This document shows, in pieces, positions 17,341 through 25,626 of a stretch of 41,038 bases of DNA; position 1 is the first letter of the stretch; the number at the start of each line of letters is the position of its first letter. This DNA is from Hadesarchaea archaeon. Lineage in GTDB: Archaea > Hadarchaeota > Hadarchaeia > Hadarchaeales > Hadarchaeaceae. The stretch spans positions 1 to 41,038 of the forward strand of contig JAUWYN010000001.1 of the NCBI GenBank assembly GCA_030615805.1, read 5' to 3'. A program made the translations under genes and the position numbers. The notes below the pieces were generated by a model. It worked only from the letters and a program-made list of their open reading frames with translations, searched no databases and was not told the origin of the DNA.

Positions 17341-18669
17341 ATGCTGTCGGCCAATGTTAAATGGCTTCGCGACATCATCGCGCCCGAACAAGTTGACGAA
17401 CTCGCGGCATTCAGGGAGATCAAAGTTGCCCGAGTCCCCTCGAGCTCCCTCTGCCTGCTGTGCAAAGGCGGACGGATGCTTTGCGGCAAGCTGAGATGCC
17501 CGATCGTGGCCAAAGCGCAATCGCTCGCCAAATCGAGCCTGCAAATCACCTCTCCCCACATCCAAGGCTCAACGCCTCCTGGGGTGTTCGTCGGGCGCAT
17601 AGGCTATCCCAAAGTTTACATCGGCCCCATGGTCCCTCCCTATCGAGGCGATACCAAAATCCTCGACACCCCGGAGCTATGGCTTGGGAAAAGCATTCAG
17701 GACATCATCGACTATCGCTTCGCCCTAATTCGTGGGAAGGTGCGGGCGAGCGTGTACGACGCCCAACTCGGCGGGAAGCTGATCGATGTGCTCCAAGAGC
17801 TGGCGATGGGGAAGCGACCCGTCGACGTCGAGGCTTTGCTTACCCGAGTGCCAAACCGAGTGATAACCCTGAGCGGGGAAACCCAACCATTTGGCCCCTC
17901 CGCACCGCTGAAATCTTTCAGGGCTTCCGACGTGAGTGTCGATCGCAGGGTGGAGCGAGCATTCTACGACCGCGACTTGAAGGCGGGTGATGCGGTCGTC
18001 GGGCTCTACGAAGATGATGTTTTGGTCACGCGCATCCAACGGGCTTTCAGCTTAGGGATGTTCGGCTTCCAAAAGCGAAGGAAGCTCGTCCCGACCCGCT
18101 GGAGCATCACGGCAGTCGACTCGATCCTGTCGCTCGAACTCATCGATCGAATAAAGCAGCATGATACAATCGACGAGTGCCGCGTCTACTCCTTCAAACA
18201 CCTCGACAATCAATTCGTCGCAATCCTGGTGCCTGAACGCTGGAGTTTCGAGTGGATCGAGGCTTGGTTCCCTGGAACAACATGGAACCCAGACGAGCGA
18301 GTGACTGCACCCGCGATGATGGGGGACTTCGAGCCATACCGGGGGCGGACGACCTACCCGGATGTCGGGGGTTGCTACTACGCCTGCAAGATGGCGGTTG
18401 CCGAGAGGCTAAACCAAGAGCGGAGGCAGGCCTCGGCGCTCGTGCTTCGAGAAATTCACCCCGGCTACATCCTGCCCGTGGGCGTCTGGAATGTGCGGGA
18501 GAGCATCCGGCAAATGATGCAGCTTGAGCCGCAGAAATTCGACAACCTCCAAGCGGCGCTGCGGCACGCGCAGACAAAACTCACGATCCCGCTGCGCAAG
18601 TGGATTAAAACAAGCGAGCTGTTGAAGCGTGCCCTCTTCCAGAAAAAGATTACGGAGTTTGCCGCATGA
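17341..18669 (+). CDS. nreA: Nre-family DNA repair protein (DUF650/DUF651, COG1602)
   Basis: The N-terminal Cys cluster CLLCKGGRMLCGKLRCP and overall length resemble archaeal Nre proteins. The C-terminal QKKITEFAA looks like a PIP box. Confidence 0.6.
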   Translation: MLSANVKWLRDIIAPEQVDELAAFREIKVARVPSSSLCLLCKGGRMLCGKLRCPIVAKAQSLAKSSLQITSPHIQGSTPPGVFVGRIGYPKVYIGPMVPPYRGDTKILDTPELWLGKSIQDIIDYRFALIRGKVRASVYDAQLGGKLIDVLQELAMGKRPVDVEALLTRVPNRVITLSGETQPFGPSAPLKSFRASDVSVDRRVERAFYDRDLKAGDAVVGLYEDDVLVTRIQRAFSLGMFGFQKRRKLVPTRWSITAVDSILSLELIDRIKQHDTIDECRVYSFKHLDNQFVAILVPERWSFEWIEAWFPGTTWNPDERVTAPAMMGDFEPYRGRTTYPDVGGCYYACKMAVAERLNQERRQASALVLREIHPGYILPVGVWNVRESIRQMMQLEPQKFDNLQAALRHAQTKLTIPLRKWIKTSELLKRALFQKKITEFAA

Positions 18670-19499
18670 GCATCGAGTACTCCACCATTAACTGCAAAAC
18701 CGCACTCTCGCTCAGCAAGCTGCCTGGGCTGCGCTATTCGCTCAACCCATACCTAGGCTGTGAGCACGGCTGTAGGTACTGCTATTCTCCATCGACGCTC
18801 CGCGACGAGTGGATGGGGTTGAACTGGGGAAAATTCGTTAGGGTAAAGCAAAACATCGCCGAGGTACTGGCGCGTGAGGTGAAACGGAAGCCAAAAGGCA
18901 CCGTTGGTGTCAGCACGGTATGCGATCCCTATCAGCCGCTGGAGGCAAAACTCGAGCTGACACGAAAATGCATCGAGCTGCTGTCAAGGTGCGGCTTTCC
19001 CGTGTCGATTCAGACGAAGTCGAGCTTGGTGCTTCGTGATGTCGAGTTGATCGTACAAAAAAAATTTGATGTTGGGGTGACGATAACCACGATGGATCGC
19101 GAACTAGCAAGCAAGTTCGAACCGAGGGCCTCGCTGCCGGATGCGCGCGCCCAAGTGCTTGAGGAGTTCTCGTCGCGTGGCGTGGAGACGTGGCTCTTCC
19201 TCGGACCAATTATCCCTGAGATAAACGACAGCGAGGATAACCTAAGGCAGGTCATCGAGGTCGCCCACCGAACTCGCAGCGAGCTCATCTACGACAGGCT
19301 CAACCTGAAGTGTTGGGTGCTCGATAGGCTCGCGCCAGTGCTCGAGGAGGAGCGCCCCGGCTTTGCGGAACGGCTGCCTGATCTCATCCGGGAGCAATCG
19401 GAGAGCTGGCGCAAAATCTGCTCGACGGTAGAGTCGATCTGCAGCGAGCTTAGGGTGCGGTGTGAGCCTGCATTCCCCAGCTGGCCAAGCGCGTTTTAA
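18666..19499 (+). CDS. Radical SAM protein, SplB/'DNA repair photolyase' type (COG1533-like)
   Basis: LNPYLGCEHGCRYCYSP contains the CxxxCxxC cluster. Its ATG overlaps the nre stop (ATGA). Confidence 0.8.
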   Translation: MSIEYSTINCKTALSLSKLPGLRYSLNPYLGCEHGCRYCYSPSTLRDEWMGLNWGKFVRVKQNIAEVLAREVKRKPKGTVGVSTVCDPYQPLEAKLELTRKCIELLSRCGFPVSIQTKSSLVLRDVELIVQKKFDVGVTITTMDRELASKFEPRASLPDARAQVLEEFSSRGVETWLFLGPIIPEINDSEDNLRQVIEVAHRTRSELIYDRLNLKCWVLDRLAPVLEEERPGFAERLPDLIREQSESWRKICSTVESICSELRVRCEPAFPSWPSAF

Positions 19500-19503
19500 A
19501 AAG

Positions 19504-19590
19504 TGGAGCCGCCGGTGGGGGTCGAACCCACGACCTATCGCTTTCTTGCCGAGTTACGAGGCGATCGCTCCACCACTGAGCTACGGCGGC
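19504..19590 (-). tRNA. tRNA-Thr(CGU) with a 12-nt insertion (putative intron) 3' of the anticodon; CCA encoded
   Basis: The reverse complement folds as GCCGCCG TA GCTC AGTGGTG GAGC G ATCGC CTCGTA[ACTCGGCAAGAA]A GCGAT AGGTC GTGGG TTCGACC CCCAC CGGCGGC T CCA. Confidence 0.8.
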
Positions 19591-19640
19591 CCGAGTAAAA
19601 TTTACGCGCCAAACACTTTAATCGTTTCTAAATAACTGCG

Positions 19641-20225
19641 CTAGGATTTGAATCCAATTTCTTTCTCAATCTGCTTCAGATAAACTAGCATGAATTTATG
19701 TCGCTTCTTTGCAAGCTTTTTTGCTGTCGCGGTGTACATCCTGTCCTTAAGTTCGAGGAGTTTCTCATCGAAGTGGCCAATCGTCCCCTGAAACGACCTC
19801 GAGGTTTCTCCTCCGAATGCTGAGGCCCTATACACTCCTATCGCCCCCATAGCATCCAGCTTGTCCGCATCCGAGAGGACCTTCGCCTCAAGGGTCAGGG
19901 GCTTCTCCCTCGTCTTGAACCTGTGTGTTTTTATGACATCGGCGATTTCGGAGACCTTGGCTCGCTGAAGGCCTAATCCAAGCAAGATCCGCTCGGCTTC
20001 CCTAGCGCCCTTCACAGCGTGATTGCCCCGCCCCCCGCTGCGGGCGATGTCATGGAGTAGGGAAGCTATTTTGAGGACTTCGAGGTCTCCCCTTTCCTTC
20101 CTCCCGATAAAAACGCATAAATCGTGTACCCTCCTCACATGATCCCAGCCATGGCACCCATAGTGCCTCGTTCTCCGCTTGGCGATTTTTCGAATTTTTT
20201 CAATGATATTATTTTGAACCTGCAA
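19641..20225 (-). CDS. HD-domain metal-dependent phosphohydrolase
   Basis: HGWDHVRRVHDL...LLHDIAR...DADKLDAMG are HD superfamily motifs. The gene is visibly AT-richer and is flanked by two tRNA genes. Confidence 0.8.
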   Translation of the reverse strand: MQVQNNIIEKIRKIAKRRTRHYGCHGWDHVRRVHDLCVFIGRKERGDLEVLKIASLLHDIARSGGRGNHAVKGAREAERILLGLGLQRAKVSEIADVIKTHRFKTREKPLTLEAKVLSDADKLDAMGAIGVYRASAFGGETSRSFQGTIGHFDEKLLELKDRMYTATAKKLAKKRHKFMLVYLKQIEKEIGFKS

Positions 20226-20281
20226 ATCCTCACCTAAATTTACTTCTAAAACGTTGTCCGTTAAGTTTTCTGTTCAAAATC

Positions 20282-20369
20282 TGGCGCCGGGGCAGGGATT
20301 TGAACCCTGACGACCCAAAGGGTCAACAGCTCTCGAGGCTGCCGCATTACCTGACTCTGCCACCCCGGC
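20282..20369 (-). tRNA. tRNA-Ser(CGA), class II with a long variable arm; CCA encoded
   Basis: The reverse complement is GCCGGGG..GCAGC CTCGAGA GCTGT TGACCCTTTGGGTCGT CAGGG TTCAAAT CCCTG CCCCGGC G CCA. Confidence 0.85.
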
Positions 20370-20417
20370 TCATGTAAAACTGTGCTGTTTTACCCTTAAA
20401 TTTAAACCAACTACACC

Positions 20418-23400
20418 TTACAGAAAGTCCGCAAGGCTGAGCTGACGGTGGGCGTCGCTCTCGAACACCGATTTTATATCGCGCTGCACCAGCCTTAGGC
20501 GCTGCTTGGTGTAATCGCTCGACTCGTAATCGTGCGCTATTTGCATTGCAACCTGTAGGTACTTCTCGACGCCCCCTCGCGTGACCGTTAGGATGAGCTT
20601 CCCCCCGCACCGCGTGCATTGGCCTATTAGCGGGACGCGGCGATATTTTGAATTACAGCTCGTGCACCTGAACTGCTGGCTCGCGAACGCCCGCAGGTTC
20701 CCCTTCAGGTCGGGGATGAAGTGGTGCTCGATGAGCCGTTCGGCGACATCCCGTTCGTCTACCGCCCTAATCTTTCTGGCTAGCTCGAGCTGCGCCGAAG
20801 TCTTCTGCTCCATCGTTTCAAGTGTCTTGTAGCGGCTCGTGTGGGGGCCGGCTGCGATGTCGCCCGTGTCGAACGAAAACTTCAGCCCCGCGTACTGGGC
20901 TTCACCCCCAAGCCCCCGCTCGACGGTCTCCATGAGCTGCGCCAACTCGCTCGGGCTCGCATAGCGAAGCGTGGCTTCATAGAACTCGAGTGGGTAGCGC
21001 TCCATCACGTCCATGTTATACGCCTCCTTGTCGATCTCGCGGGGGTCGATGCGGGTGTTCAGGATGAGCGGGGCGTCCATCATCCCCCCACGCTTCGAGG
21101 GCAGGAATCGCTTGCTGAAGTTGAGCAGAGCATCGAGCAAAAGTATGACTGTATCTTCGTCCCCATCACAGTCCCTTCTTTTGGCCGCATGGAAAAACGG
21201 GTGCGCGTACCCAACGTTCACATCTGCGAAACCTATGATGCGCCCAACGATTCCCACTGATGTATGCGGCGCTAAACCGATGACCAAGTGCCCCGCCAAG
21301 TCTACCGGCCAGCTCGCGTTGTAGTACGGCTTCAACCCATAGAACTTCTGAAGCAGCTCGTCGACGAACTTCGACACGCGGAGCAAATACTCGGCGCACG
21401 CGTTCGAGAGGATGATGTCCTGCACCTTAAGCTCAACAAGCTGGTCATCCCGCTCCAGTGGCTCACCCTCGCAATCCAGCTCGTAGCCCAGTTCGCGCAG
21501 CCGTTCCACATACATGCTCACCTCCCGCGGCCTGAAGTGGGTGAGTGGGACATCTGTGGCGTCGAATCGCACGGTGCCGTCCTTGAATACGTAAACGCGG
21601 TGCTTCGCCCGCAGGATTCCCTTCTCGATGGGCTCGGGAATTTTATGGGCGCTCGTCATACCTCTGACGCCCTTGACCTCTGGTGGCGCTTCCTCCTGCA
21701 ATCGCTGCAGTGCCTCGTCGAAGAGCGGCTTCAGCTCGACCCTCCGCCGGTCGAAGTACTCCGTGCGAACGTTGCACGCGAGGCAACGCTCTTCATTTGT
21801 CGGTCGCTTACAACGGGGGCACGCCCGTACGTAATTTGCGATCGTCCCACACTTCGGGCATTTTCGGGTGAAGCCGATGATTCCGCACTTCGGGCACTCC
21901 AGTCTCGCCACCTCTACATAGATTTCCCCGCGCTCGGCCGCCTTCACCACGCTACGCGTCGCCCCGCCACGCAAGCTGACAGGGAAAAGCACGTGCACCG
22001 GAGGTTTCATCAACCGTGGGTTTGCCTTCTCCGGCCTGCCCATCCTGCACCCTATGCGCGTTGGGGCCTTCCGCCTCACGGGAAACCCAGCCAGAACCTG
22101 AACGATCTCCATGATATCCTTCGACGGATTTTTGTGCAACGTCTCCTCGAGGCGCTCGCTGGTCAAACGCTGCCCATCGAGCAGGCCCAAACACCTGCAC
22201 AATGGCAGAGCGTTGCCCTCGATCAAGACGCGTTCATCCTCGACCCTATGCGGCACTCCAAGGGCCTCGAGCACTCGCTTGGGTGTCTGATTTAGGACCA
22301 AACGAAGCCCCTTGAGCTTGCCATCCTCGAACTCCGGCTCGCCTCCAGTTAACCAACTGCCCAGTTCCCGGAGCTCCTCGATGCAGATATCATGAAAAAG
22401 GTATGTGTACGCAGGGTGGAGTGGAACCACGAGTTTCTCAGATAGTTCCACCGCCAGGGATGGGGTGGGCTTCGGATATGGGGGTGAAAGGTATGGGGAT
22501 AAGTCCGCGTCGAATTTCTTCCCCGCCAGCGCCTTTTCGACCTCTTGGGCCCACCACTCCTCGCAGTAACCGGCTGGCATGAGCGGGTGGTTGTTCTCGA
22601 GAAACTCGCCGAAACCTATGAGGATGTCCCCAAGCGACAAGATCTCGTCGACCCGATCCCTGAGCTCAAGTGCTTGCTCGACCGAATTCACCTGAACCAT
22701 CGAGCCGTCGTTGAGTTTGATAATCGGCCCTTCGATCGAGTCCGCGGGCGTTACAGCGCCGCTCTTACCTGGGCGCTCCATCTTGAGCTGGGTCCCAACC
22801 GCTATGAAATCGTCGCATATTGTCATCGCCGCTGGGTGGACGCCTACCGCAGCTATGCCCGTATTCCTCGCACGCCCGTAGCGAAGCCTGAACCCCCCCT
22901 CCCGGCTCGGGTAAGAAAAAACGGGCCTGCCAGCGATTACCTCGTCCAGATACTTGTCCCCTTTTGGGTAAGCCAACACAGCCTCCTCTGCCTGCACCTT
23001 GGAGATTGACTCGGAAAGCCAGCCCCAGCCGTCGATGTTCAACTTGCTCACGTACTTTATTATCTTCGGCGCCTTCTGCAGAACTCCCTCCACCAAGGCC
23101 AAGACCGCTCCTCCCCGGACGAAGTTGTGCCCTATCCGCTCGAGGTCGCGGTAGGCTGTTACTGAGATATCCCGTTCGGTCGGTTCGCCTGTTATCTCCA
23201 CCGGAATATTGCGCACGGCGGCGCGGATGTCGTCAGCGGACGGGGGGGTGTATTGAAGGTGAGCGATATCGGTAGCGTAGAGGTCTGCCTCCTCTACAAA
23301 TCGCTCGATCTCGTTATCGGTCGGCTTATAGGGGCCAAGATACAGCTTTCGCCGCACAAAGTCCCCAGTTAGGACGGCAAGCGCAGTTGCTGTGCCCCCC

Positions 23401-23843
23401 GCCGACCTGATCGGGCTGGCGAAGTAAAGCGCGAGGTAGGGTGAGCCATCAAAATTTTTTCTTATCCCAACATGAGTTATACCCTCGAGCGGCGCTATCA
23501 CAATTCCCTCGGTTATTATCGCGAGCGCCGTCCGGACTGCCTGCTCCGCCGCCTGCTGCTCTTGAAATCCTCCAAAGTGGCCGTCGACAATCATCTCGGC
23601 TATTTTTAGACTCAGCTCCTCCCGTGGCATCTCCTTCTCGAGCTCGCGTATCACCTCCGCCACGCCGGATGGTCCAACAAGTTTCTCGACCCTCGCGGCG
23701 AGGTCTTCGGCCCGGGGGATTTCCAGTTCCAGCTCTGGGTCGTAGCCCAGCGCCCGGGCCTTCTTGGCTATCTCATAAATTTCATCGATTTGCCGCTCGA
23801 GTTCTTTGAAGTAAGCCTTCATTTCCTGAGTGGCGACTATCAT
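20418..23843 (-). CDS. polC: DNA polymerase II (PolD) large subunit DP2, intein-free
   Basis: 1141 aa with typical DP2 N-terminus and Zn-finger clusters (CPKCG...CPKCG, CTSCNSKYRRVPLIGQCTRCGG). Confidence 0.95.
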   Translation of the reverse strand: MIVATQEMKAYFKELERQIDEIYEIAKKARALGYDPELELEIPRAEDLAARVEKLVGPSGVAEVIRELEKEMPREELSLKIAEMIVDGHFGGFQEQQAAEQAVRTALAIITEGIVIAPLEGITHVGIRKNFDGSPYLALYFASPIRSAGGTATALAVLTGDFVRRKLYLGPYKPTDNEIERFVEEADLYATDIAHLQYTPPSADDIRAAVRNIPVEITGEPTERDISVTAYRDLERIGHNFVRGGAVLALVEGVLQKAPKIIKYVSKLNIDGWGWLSESISKVQAEEAVLAYPKGDKYLDEVIAGRPVFSYPSREGGFRLRYGRARNTGIAAVGVHPAAMTICDDFIAVGTQLKMERPGKSGAVTPADSIEGPIIKLNDGSMVQVNSVEQALELRDRVDEILSLGDILIGFGEFLENNHPLMPAGYCEEWWAQEVEKALAGKKFDADLSPYLSPPYPKPTPSLAVELSEKLVVPLHPAYTYLFHDICIEELRELGSWLTGGEPEFEDGKLKGLRLVLNQTPKRVLEALGVPHRVEDERVLIEGNALPLCRCLGLLDGQRLTSERLEETLHKNPSKDIMEIVQVLAGFPVRRKAPTRIGCRMGRPEKANPRLMKPPVHVLFPVSLRGGATRSVVKAAERGEIYVEVARLECPKCGIIGFTRKCPKCGTIANYVRACPRCKRPTNEERCLACNVRTEYFDRRRVELKPLFDEALQRLQEEAPPEVKGVRGMTSAHKIPEPIEKGILRAKHRVYVFKDGTVRFDATDVPLTHFRPREVSMYVERLRELGYELDCEGEPLERDDQLVELKVQDIILSNACAEYLLRVSKFVDELLQKFYGLKPYYNASWPVDLAGHLVIGLAPHTSVGIVGRIIGFADVNVGYAHPFFHAAKRRDCDGDEDTVILLLDALLNFSKRFLPSKRGGMMDAPLILNTRIDPREIDKEAYNMDVMERYPLEFYEATLRYASPSELAQLMETVERGLGGEAQYAGLKFSFDTGDIAAGPHTSRYKTLETMEQKTSAQLELARKIRAVDERDVAERLIEHHFIPDLKGNLRAFASQQFRCTSCNSKYRRVPLIGQCTRCGGKLILTVTRGGVEKYLQVAMQIAHDYESSDYTKQRLRLVQRDIKSVFESDAHRQLSLADFL

Positions 23844-24040
23844 CTACCCACCAAATCCCCTAAATTCTAATCTGAATTTTTTCCGTGCTTAATCACCTTG
23901 AGCGCGGGGGCTGAGCAGGAGGCAAAAAATTCTCTTGCCGAGGAGGATTTTCTACCTTCGTATCAGGTAGCGCCCGGCCCCCGCTTCGCTCTGTTAATGT
24001 TTCCCACCAATCCAGAAGCAAATCCGCAGCTTGAGCGAGT

Positions 24041-25618
24041 TCACGCAAAATGTATCACCCTCGCCTGGTGGGTTTGTAGATCGATGACGGGCACGATTCC
24101 TGGCGTGGGCTTCACCCCAAGCCGTCGCATGTAAATGGTCGTCTCTTGAAAGGTTCCCGAGTTAACCACTTCCACGTCGCGATACCGCTCGTACCCGTAA
24201 ACGTGTATGTGACCGCAATGGAATACGTCAGGCACCTCCTCTATCACGAGGTAATCCTGCTCCTCCGGCGATATCGCCGTGCGCCCTCCATAGATCGGGG
24301 CGAGGTGCCGCTTCTGCAGGAGTTTGACCATCGGGGGCGTGGATTTCTGCCGGTTCAGCCCAGGCATCGTCGCTATTAAATCGTCGAAGCTCCTGCCGTG
24401 ATAAATCAGAAAATTAACACCATGAAGGGATACCCGTGCTGGATTCCCGACCATGACCGAGTTCAGGTCGTGAATGCCTCCCGCTATATCCTTTTGGATC
24501 GATGGCTGGGGCTCGGAGGGGCGCACGGCATCGTGGTTCCCGGGCGCTATGATGATAGTGATGTGCTCGGGCACCTGGGCCAAGAGCTTAGCCGCGGCAT
24601 CGTACTGCTTGATGACATCGTTGATAAGCAACTCCTCCTCCTGCTGGGGATAAATCCCAACCCCATCGACTATGTCGCCTGCGATTACCAGGTACTTGAC
24701 CCTGCTCGCTAGCTCCTGCTGCTGGGCGTTGCCCGCCTCACCCCGCAACCAATTCACAAACTTCATGAACGTATCTTCGAGAAACATCTCGCTCCCGATG
24801 TGCAGGTCCGATATCAGCGCCGCGCAGGCGGGATCCTCAGCGCGGGAGAACTCGTGTGTGGTGGGCAAGTCAGGCCAGATGATGTCCCTGACTAATAACC
24901 TGGGGGCGCGGTCTCCGCTCCGCACATCCCCCACGACCCCAACTATCTCATCCACGACCACTTCTGCCGCCTTTCGCATGAGTTCCCTCCGGCCTTTGAA
25001 GACCCACGCCGATACCCGACCGTTCAAATCCTCAATCTCTAAAACCACGTGCCCCCCCGAGGTCTCCCGCTTATCTGAGACCATCCCGATCACTTTTACC
25101 AAGGCCCTGTCCCCGAAGCTCCTCAAATTGCTGATCGGGACCACATCGTGGAGATCCACGCGCTTTCGGAGGATGCGGCTTAAGCGCTCATAACGGTCCC
25201 TGAACACGTTCACGAAGTCCTTCAGTCCCCCCTCTGTGTAGCTCCGCCCGGTGATGTCCCTAAGCACCTTGACCCGGGGCTCGAACTCGCCGGCTTTCGG
25301 TTTGAATTTGGTGCGGGTAAGCTCGGGTAATTTTTCTGTAGCTTCCCTAGCTCTGGGCGCCTCCCCTGCTTCAGGCAGGCCGGGTTCGAGTGGGGGAACC
25401 GCGGGCGTGGGGCCTGTTTTAACGCCTACCTCTTCCAGAATTTTTGTGATAAGATCGGCCGTTACCAGAAAGGGTTTGCTCTCCATTTCCCTGATGCTAA
25501 CTAGCACTCGCTCGGCTGCGGACTCAATGTCCTCCCGCCTCCGCAGCGCATCGAGCGCGCCCGGCGTCAGCTGCATGTCTGCATCCATGAACTTGCGAAC
25601 CAACGAAGTGTCGTCCAT
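24041..25618 (-). CDS. polB: DNA polymerase II (PolD) small subunit DP1 (Mre11-like exonuclease)
   Basis: Calcineurin-like phosphoesterase motifs (SDLHIGS, GDIVDG, GNHD, GHIH). The ATG at 25618 (MDDTSLV) follows the cdc6 stop. The ORF-track 5' extension overlaps cdc6 and looks non-coding. Confidence 0.92.
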   Translation of the reverse strand: MDDTSLVRKFMDADMQLTPGALDALRRREDIESAAERVLVSIREMESKPFLVTADLITKILEEVGVKTGPTPAVPPLEPGLPEAGEAPRAREATEKLPELTRTKFKPKAGEFEPRVKVLRDITGRSYTEGGLKDFVNVFRDRYERLSRILRKRVDLHDVVPISNLRSFGDRALVKVIGMVSDKRETSGGHVVLEIEDLNGRVSAWVFKGRRELMRKAAEVVVDEIVGVVGDVRSGDRAPRLLVRDIIWPDLPTTHEFSRAEDPACAALISDLHIGSEMFLEDTFMKFVNWLRGEAGNAQQQELASRVKYLVIAGDIVDGVGIYPQQEEELLINDVIKQYDAAAKLLAQVPEHITIIIAPGNHDAVRPSEPQPSIQKDIAGGIHDLNSVMVGNPARVSLHGVNFLIYHGRSFDDLIATMPGLNRQKSTPPMVKLLQKRHLAPIYGGRTAISPEEQDYLVIEEVPDVFHCGHIHVYGYERYRDVEVVNSGTFQETTIYMRRLGVKPTPGIVPVIDLQTHQARVIHFA

Positions 25619-25626
25619 AAAACCCC

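Noticed and set aside
20418-23843. Numerous 60-335 aa ORFs antisense to or out of frame with polD, mcm, cdc6, glyA, priL and others (for example 21288..22295 +, 24672..25193 +, 25251..25766 +, 35324..36034 +)
   Set aside because: These are typical shadow ORFs of a GC-rich genome. They have Arg/Ser/Pro/Ala-rich translations, no motifs, and complete overlap with confidently identified genes.
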